A DNA stretch of 64,000 bases, taken from positions 1,284,044 through 1,348,043 of the forward strand of contig CBFFRQ010000018.1 of assembly GCA_965644315.1 (NCBI GenBank), written 5' to 3'. Source of the DNA: Caecitellus pseudoparvulus (Eukaryota > Protista > Bigyra: Bicosoecida). The notes under the pieces were generated by a model. The model searched no databases. It worked only from the letters and a program-made list of their open reading frames with translations, and was not told the DNA's origin. Below are positions 58,991 through 64,000 of this stretch, in pieces. The translations under genes and the position numbers were made by a program. The stretch's first letter is position 1. The number at the start of each line of letters is the position of its first letter.

Positions 58991-59007
58991 GGCCGTGTCT
59001 CATTGAG
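58991..59007 (+). repeat. Left terminal inverted repeat
   Basis: GGCCGTGTCTCATTGAG versus the reverse complement of the right end, GGCCCTGTCCCATTGAG; may extend 1-2 G leftwards. Confidence 0.85.
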
Positions 59008-59309
59008 GCCAGCGGAGGCCTCTGAATCGAGAAAATCTGTGAAACGAGAATGCATTTTTTGAAGTTCACGGAAAAGTGCTGCAGGCAGCATGTTTTGTCA
59101 CCTTGACACTAACAGAGGATGTTAGACTTGAACGGCCGCTCTGTCGTGTGCAACAGAGCGTTGTTTATCGAGCCTATTAGCATGCGGAATTTGCCACTTG
59201 CTGGCAGTGGTTTGTGTACCATGGCGAGCAGTGCAGATATGGATATCAAACTCTACTTTTAAACTATTCACAGTAAGTTGTGAGCATACTCTTGGAATGA
59301 TTTGCTGCC

Positions 59310-61530
59310 ATGTCTGGCCGCAAGCGCCCCCGGAATGCACGCGTTCAGGCAGATGCGCCGACGAGTGGCAAAAGAACCGCAGTTGAAGGCTCGCAAGCGG
59401 ACACACATGCACTGGTCCGACAGTTCCTTCAAGGTAACGCACCGACTTCCCGACTGCGGACGGGCGCGAGGCTCGGGGCAGCAGGACGGGTGTTTGAGCT
59501 GCCTGCAACGCCTCCAGGAAGCGAACTCGCTGCGCAAGAATCACCCGCCATCGCAACGCCTACCAGACCAGTCCGGATTGCTGCCCTTACAGCAAGCATT
59601 GCCAGGAGGATGAAGACAAACGCTAAGGAACAACTGGAAGCTTTCGGTTCGTTTTCATTTCCGCTGTGTGAAACTCCGAAACGCTTCTCGCAAACACGCC
59701 TTCCTGACTCTGCCCGCAGACGAGGTCGTTGACATGAGTGGTGATGAGGGCAAGAGTGACAGTTCAAGTCCTGACTTGGAGAGTGGTGGTGTGTCCTGGA
59801 CAGCTGGCAGCCCTTCCCCACCACGGAGTGCTGCTGGTGCCGTCGGCGCGACACCAGCTGCCACTTCCCCTGCCCGTGCGTTGATGCGTCTCGACTCAGC
59901 GAGCCCAATTCCGTGGGCCTCTACTGATCGAGCTCTGTTGCAAACACCGTCCAAGAATGGGGTGCAGACGCACCCTGACAAGAAGGAGTTCGCCACCTTG
60001 ATGCCGTCGTCGACCTGGGCTGCCTTTGGAAACAAAGCAAGTGCATGGAGAATGTCTGGAGCTATCGTTCGTCTGGGTGTTCGTGAGGGTACCATTGACT
60101 ACTCATCTCTTGGGGGTCGTGTTGTCTCGTCGGGTGAGCCATGCCCGGAAGGCTCTGACAGAAGCCTGTTCCGGACTTTTGCCACACAAGGGAGCAACAA
60201 GATGCGAAGTGGCATTGTGGGCAAGAGCCTAGCTCACAAATTCTTGCCGTTGCTGCTCACTGCCTTCGAGGAGCATGACACGAACATGCTAGGAAGGCCA
60301 TGGCCGGAGCGAGACGACTCAAAGTACATGGTGTTGGTTTCAACACCAGGTAGTGATTCCCAAGAAGCCTTCCTGTCGTGGTCAGGCTTGGTCCTGGTTT
60401 CAAGCCTCCTTCGTGAGGCTCTGGTTCCAGCTTCAGGTACTTGGGCCAGCCTCGAAACGTTGAAGAAACAGGTTGACATCATCAACGGGTCTGAGGGCAG
60501 AAGGACGGGAAGCGGGGGGGCAAGCGAACCCACAGCCCCTAGCCACCCTGGTGCTCCCTCTCTTGATTTAAATGGAAAGAAGTACACACGTTGGGACATC
60601 ACGAAGGTGGGGTGGAGCAGGGCACGAAACGCAAGCGCCGCTGCGCGCTTGCGCTTCCAGCGCCTGCGGTGTAGCGTAACGAACAAGGAAATGTGGTTGC
60701 CTGTGGGACCAACTGATGACTTGCGCTATCCACCCCTGAACGGTGGACTGCTTCCGGGCGAGCTGATGAATTATGCAAGCGTGTGCCAAGGCAAAGCCAG
60801 GCCAAAGGCAACGATGTCTTCAGTGCCTCGCAACATCACCAACGGGATATTTGCAGAGGCTAGATCTGAAGGATCACACACAGTAGCCTCGCTGTTGGCG
60901 AGTGGCAGGCCCGCTGCGTTGCCCACTGAAAGTCCGCGACAGGGCGGAGAGTACCTATCAGGTGCGGGGAGTGGAACGAGCACGGGAAGCCGTGTTGCTG
61001 CTGTTGCAAAAGCAACTGGAGCCCTGGATGGAGGTCGCCTGGGGTCTGGCACGTCACCACCAGCCGCAGGCATGCGTGACATCGTTGCCCGTTTGGCAGA
61101 TTCGCTGGAGAAACGACAGGTTGCTGAAGAGGCAGCACGGGAACGACAAGCACAACAGGACGCCTCACTTCTTCAGTTTTTCCAGCAGTCCTTGCAAGTG
61201 CAGCAGCCCGCACCTTCGCTTTCGGTGCCTGCACCAGGTGCTGCTGCCGCACATAGTGAGCGTGCGGTAGATGCAGCGATATCAGGTGTAATTACAAGAG
61301 TGCAGGGGTGGTTGGACCTAAGCATCATTGACGGTGACCTTAGCATGCAAGAGCAGGTTCAGACTGTTTTGGAGCAGCTGCACAGCGGAAGTGTGCCTCC
61401 AACCTTGCGTGGCATGCCACCGCACCCGCTGTCAGACGCAGACAAGGAGCTGAAGGTCGCACGCGCCCGACTTCAAATGGTTACAGCCCTGAAGAAGCGT
61501 AGTGTTGCTGGGCAACCCATGCAGTCATGA
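59310..61530 (+). CDS. Harbinger accessory ORF (positional equivalent of the Myb/SANT-like protein), about 715 aa, 2 exons
   Basis: MSGRKRPR NLS-like start; intron 59647-59719 (GTTCGT..CTGAC..CGCAG); C-terminal coiled coil; lies between the TIRs. Confidence 0.7.
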
Positions 61531-61645
61531 ACATGAGACAACACACTGCATTATTGACTGCCAACAGAGTCACCTTCCCAGTCACTCCCTTCATCACCTT
61601 CGCCGGCAGCCCCAGGCTGTTCAGGTGCTTGCAGGTGCAGAAGGG

Positions 61646-63379
61646 CTAGCTCTTCAACTCTCTCGCGGCACCACTGGGCAGTGCCCACCATGATGGAGCG
61701 ATACTGAACCCCAGCATACTTGAAGATGGTGTGGGTGGAAGCTGGCCAAGCGCCAGCTCCAGCACTTGCGTCTTCCATCCCATGGCACTCGGCATACTCC
61801 ATGAAGGGGGCTGCGCCTCAAGCAAGTCCTCTACCACCTTTGCCGTTGCTTCTTCCAGCAGGTCACCCCAGACAGTCCCCGGCGCTGTCACATCAAGGGC
61901 ATGCCACACAGATGCCCGCAATGGCAGAGCTCGCAGTACAAAGTTATGCAGTGCTACAGCTACACGTAGACGCAGTGCAACTGCTGCTGGCCCAAGGTTT
62001 CCATTCGCAGTGTTGTTCAAGATGCGGAACCTGTTCTTGAGCTCTCCAAATGCACATTCTACCTTAACTCGAATGTGCAAAAGTGCATCGTGGAAAATTG
62101 TCACCAAATGATTCGGCTGCACCACATCAGTGTCCCGCTGGTCGAACGGAAGAAGTAAGAATGTGTACCCCGGACGAAATCCCGAGTCTGCTGCCAATGT
62201 ATATGGGAGTGGACAAGGACGTAAGCTTGGGTTCCCGACCATTGCCGCAAACATGGGAGACCTTATGAGCTTCCCCCGATCGCTTTCGGCACCAGCATAC
62301 CCAATGTCTGCTTGCCAGAAGAGTCCGTGGCCACTTACCATGCACTGGGCACTAACCGAAGCCACGCCATCCTTGTTTATGTATACGCCCTTTCCACTAT
62401 CTTCACTGATGTAAGCACGCACATGTGTATCATCCACGCTGCCTGCTACGCACGGCAGCTGCATGCCTGACAGGGCAAAGTTCAATCGTACACTCTCCAT
62501 CCACTCCCCAGAATCTGGTGCTGGCATGTACACCTGCTGTTCAAACATGCTGGATGAGATAGACCGCAAGAAAACCTTTAGGATTCGACTGCATGTGGAC
62601 TTCGATGCCCCAGTGAACGCTTCTTGTCCAGCTCTCATGTTGAAACCCTTGCACATATAATGCACTCCAAGGCAACAAGCCTCCAGCCAACTGAAAGTGC
62701 ATCCTTGGCCGCAGAATGATGAGTCCACAGCACCCCACCAGTCTGCCACTGATGGCTGTTGCTGCACCATGGGACGCTCGCATGCCCCAAGGCGACTGCA
62801 GTGCTCGTGCAGACAGTCTTCCCTGTGGCGCCGAAGCTGTCTCTGCCAGGTCCTGTGCTCTTGTGAGTCTGGTTCCTCTGCAGGTTCATCACCTGCAAGC
62901 TCCACAGCGTGGGCCTCTACTTCCACGGGTAGGATCGAATGCATGACCCACCTGTACCAGAGTTTTGGTGCAGAAGATTTCATGAACCACACCGATAGAG
63001 CTAAAATAGTGTTCACACCAACAGAGCACAACTGCTTCATAGTATACTGCAACACCGTATGTGGGGTTGTGCAAACCTCGTGCTCTTCGAGAGGCACTCC
63101 ATGTTGCCGTGCCACCCACGTCCTCACACCGGATGCCAAACCTGCAAGAGGATTGGTGCGGCCACGTGCGCTGGCCCTCACGCCCTCCTCCAGAGCACAG
63201 TCTTCATCGAAGCACGGTAGTGGCACGGCCTGCTCGTGTCCATCTTCATCGGCCATTGCTACCACTGCCAGCAACAGTGCTGCTTCTGTGGCAATAAGTG
63301 CTTGGAGCGCTTGCAACCTACGGACATGCTGCCGCCGGCGCAACAGTAAAAAGGAAACCAGGAATTGCATGCCAGACAT
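61646..63379 (-). CDS. PIF/Harbinger transposase (HTH plus DDE_Tnp_4/HARBI1-like nuclease)
   Basis: HTH ASKSTCSRI; GSVDDTHV, YINKDG..SVSAQ, GAESD, LAADSGF, RVKVECAFGELKNRFRIL, ALHNF. Confidence 0.95.
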   Translation of the reverse strand: MSGMQFLVSFLLLRRRQHVRRLQALQALIATEAALLLAVVAMADEDGHEQAVPLPCFDEDCALEEGVRASARGRTNPLAGLASGVRTWVARQHGVPLEEHEVCTTPHTVLQYTMKQLCSVGVNTILALSVWFMKSSAPKLWYRWVMHSILPVEVEAHAVELAGDEPAEEPDSQEHRTWQRQLRRHREDCLHEHCSRLGACERPMVQQQPSVADWWGAVDSSFCGQGCTFSWLEACCLGVHYMCKGFNMRAGQEAFTGASKSTCSRILKVFLRSISSSMFEQQVYMPAPDSGEWMESVRLNFALSGMQLPCVAGSVDDTHVRAYISEDSGKGVYINKDGVASVSAQCMVSGHGLFWQADIGYAGAESDRGKLIRSPMFAAMVGNPSLRPCPLPYTLAADSGFRPGYTFLLLPFDQRDTDVVQPNHLVTIFHDALLHIRVKVECAFGELKNRFRILNNTANGNLGPAAVALRLRVAVALHNFVLRALPLRASVWHALDVTAPGTVWGDLLEEATAKVVEDLLEAQPPSWSMPSAMGWKTQVLELALGQLPPTPSSSMLGFSIAPSWWALPSGAARELKS

Positions 63380-63983
63380 GGTTGTATGATCTGTGCAAGA
63401 CAATACGGGGAGTCTTTTCTCACAGTGCCTTGTTCGGCCTGTCTCAACCAAGACTCATTTCGATTTCCGCGAAACTCGCCTTGCGGGAAGTGCAAGCCTT
63501 CGAGGTGAAAATTGTGAATTGCAACCCTGGGACGCTGATCGTTTGATCGGTAGTTCGACACTGTGAAAGACACATGGGGGCTGGAGTGCTGGTTGCGCCG
63601 GTGTCGAATGCGGGTTTGTGAGCACCTCGATGACGACGCAGGCCCTCTGTTCGTAATCGACAGACAACTCACCCGAATCGAAAGAGGGTGATCACCAAAA
63701 CGGCCCGATTCCTCGAAATTCGGCCCACACTTCATAAAAATTTGCATTGGATCACGAAAGTGTACGAATACGCGCAAGTAGACTGGAACATAAGACAGCA
63801 GCCTCCTTTTACAAACGTGGGCAAGCAAATTCCGCATCCAGTTTGCATCACAGACCCAACCTTTCAAGCACACTCTGACAAAAATAATGTATGCATTCGT
63901 TATTTTATACTCAGTACATTATCACATACAACTATCGCCAACATGCCCTCCTGACAAGCTCAAAAACGAACCCCTCCTAACCA

Positions 63984-64000
63984 CTCAATGGGACAGGGCC
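63984..64000 (-). repeat. Right terminal inverted repeat (abuts the window edge)
   Basis: CTCAATGGGACAGGGCC, 15/17 complementary to 58991-59007. Confidence 0.85.

Larger units (their letters stand above)
58991..64000. mobile_element. PIF/Harbinger DNA transposon, apparently complete (about 5 kb)
   Basis: Imperfect TIRs (15/17), subterminal 13-bp inverted motif, two convergent intact ORFs including a Harbinger DDE transposase, visibly lower GC than host genes. Confidence 0.9.

Noticed and set aside
63259-63954. ORFs in the right subterminal region, a possible third element gene
   Set aside because: Non-ATG starts and no motifs; better explained as promoter/subterminal DNA.
1-64000. CRISPR arrays, rRNA, snRNA, prokaryotic operons or viral insertions
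   Set aside because: No repeat-spacer arrays or diagnostic motifs seen by eye; the sequence is intron-containing eukaryotic DNA. A covariance-model scan was not possible.

Overview
GC-rich, very gene-dense eukaryotic DNA from a flagellated protist; a heterotrophic stramenopile-like lineage is plausible but is inference only. Introns are short (about 60-155 nt), GT-AG, and clustered at gene 5' ends. The left third is one uninterrupted minus-strand frame (ATG 20945 to beyond position 1, at least 6981 codons) encoding a giant DNAH1-like axonemal dynein heavy chain; the ORF track omits it because its stop lies just outside the window. Next come about 17 host genes: TPMT-like methyltransferase, nodulin-like MFS transporter, TSEN34, a large INPP4-type phosphatase split at a C10 run, rolling-stone-like membrane protein, a small Cys-rich GPI-type orphan, CFAP99, mitochondrial bL19, a probable ATP synthase subunit f, DHHC palmitoyltransferase, TmcB/TmcC-like PAS membrane protein, a Q/H/P-rich protein, a CaaX-ended cyclophilin, a Cbl/Shk-type EF-hand+SH2 protein with a repeated Tyr-motif tail, organellar ProRS, an orphan, and SIN1. 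The last 5 kb (58991-64000) is an apparently intact PIF/Harbinger transposon with TIRs, subterminal inverted motifs, a DDE transposase and a divergent convergent partner ORF. Most notable: the Harbinger element, the SH2/Tyr-repeat adaptor, the giant dynein, the prenylatable cyclophilin and the overlapping 3' ends of convergent genes. All splice models were read by eye and need RNA-seq confirmation.
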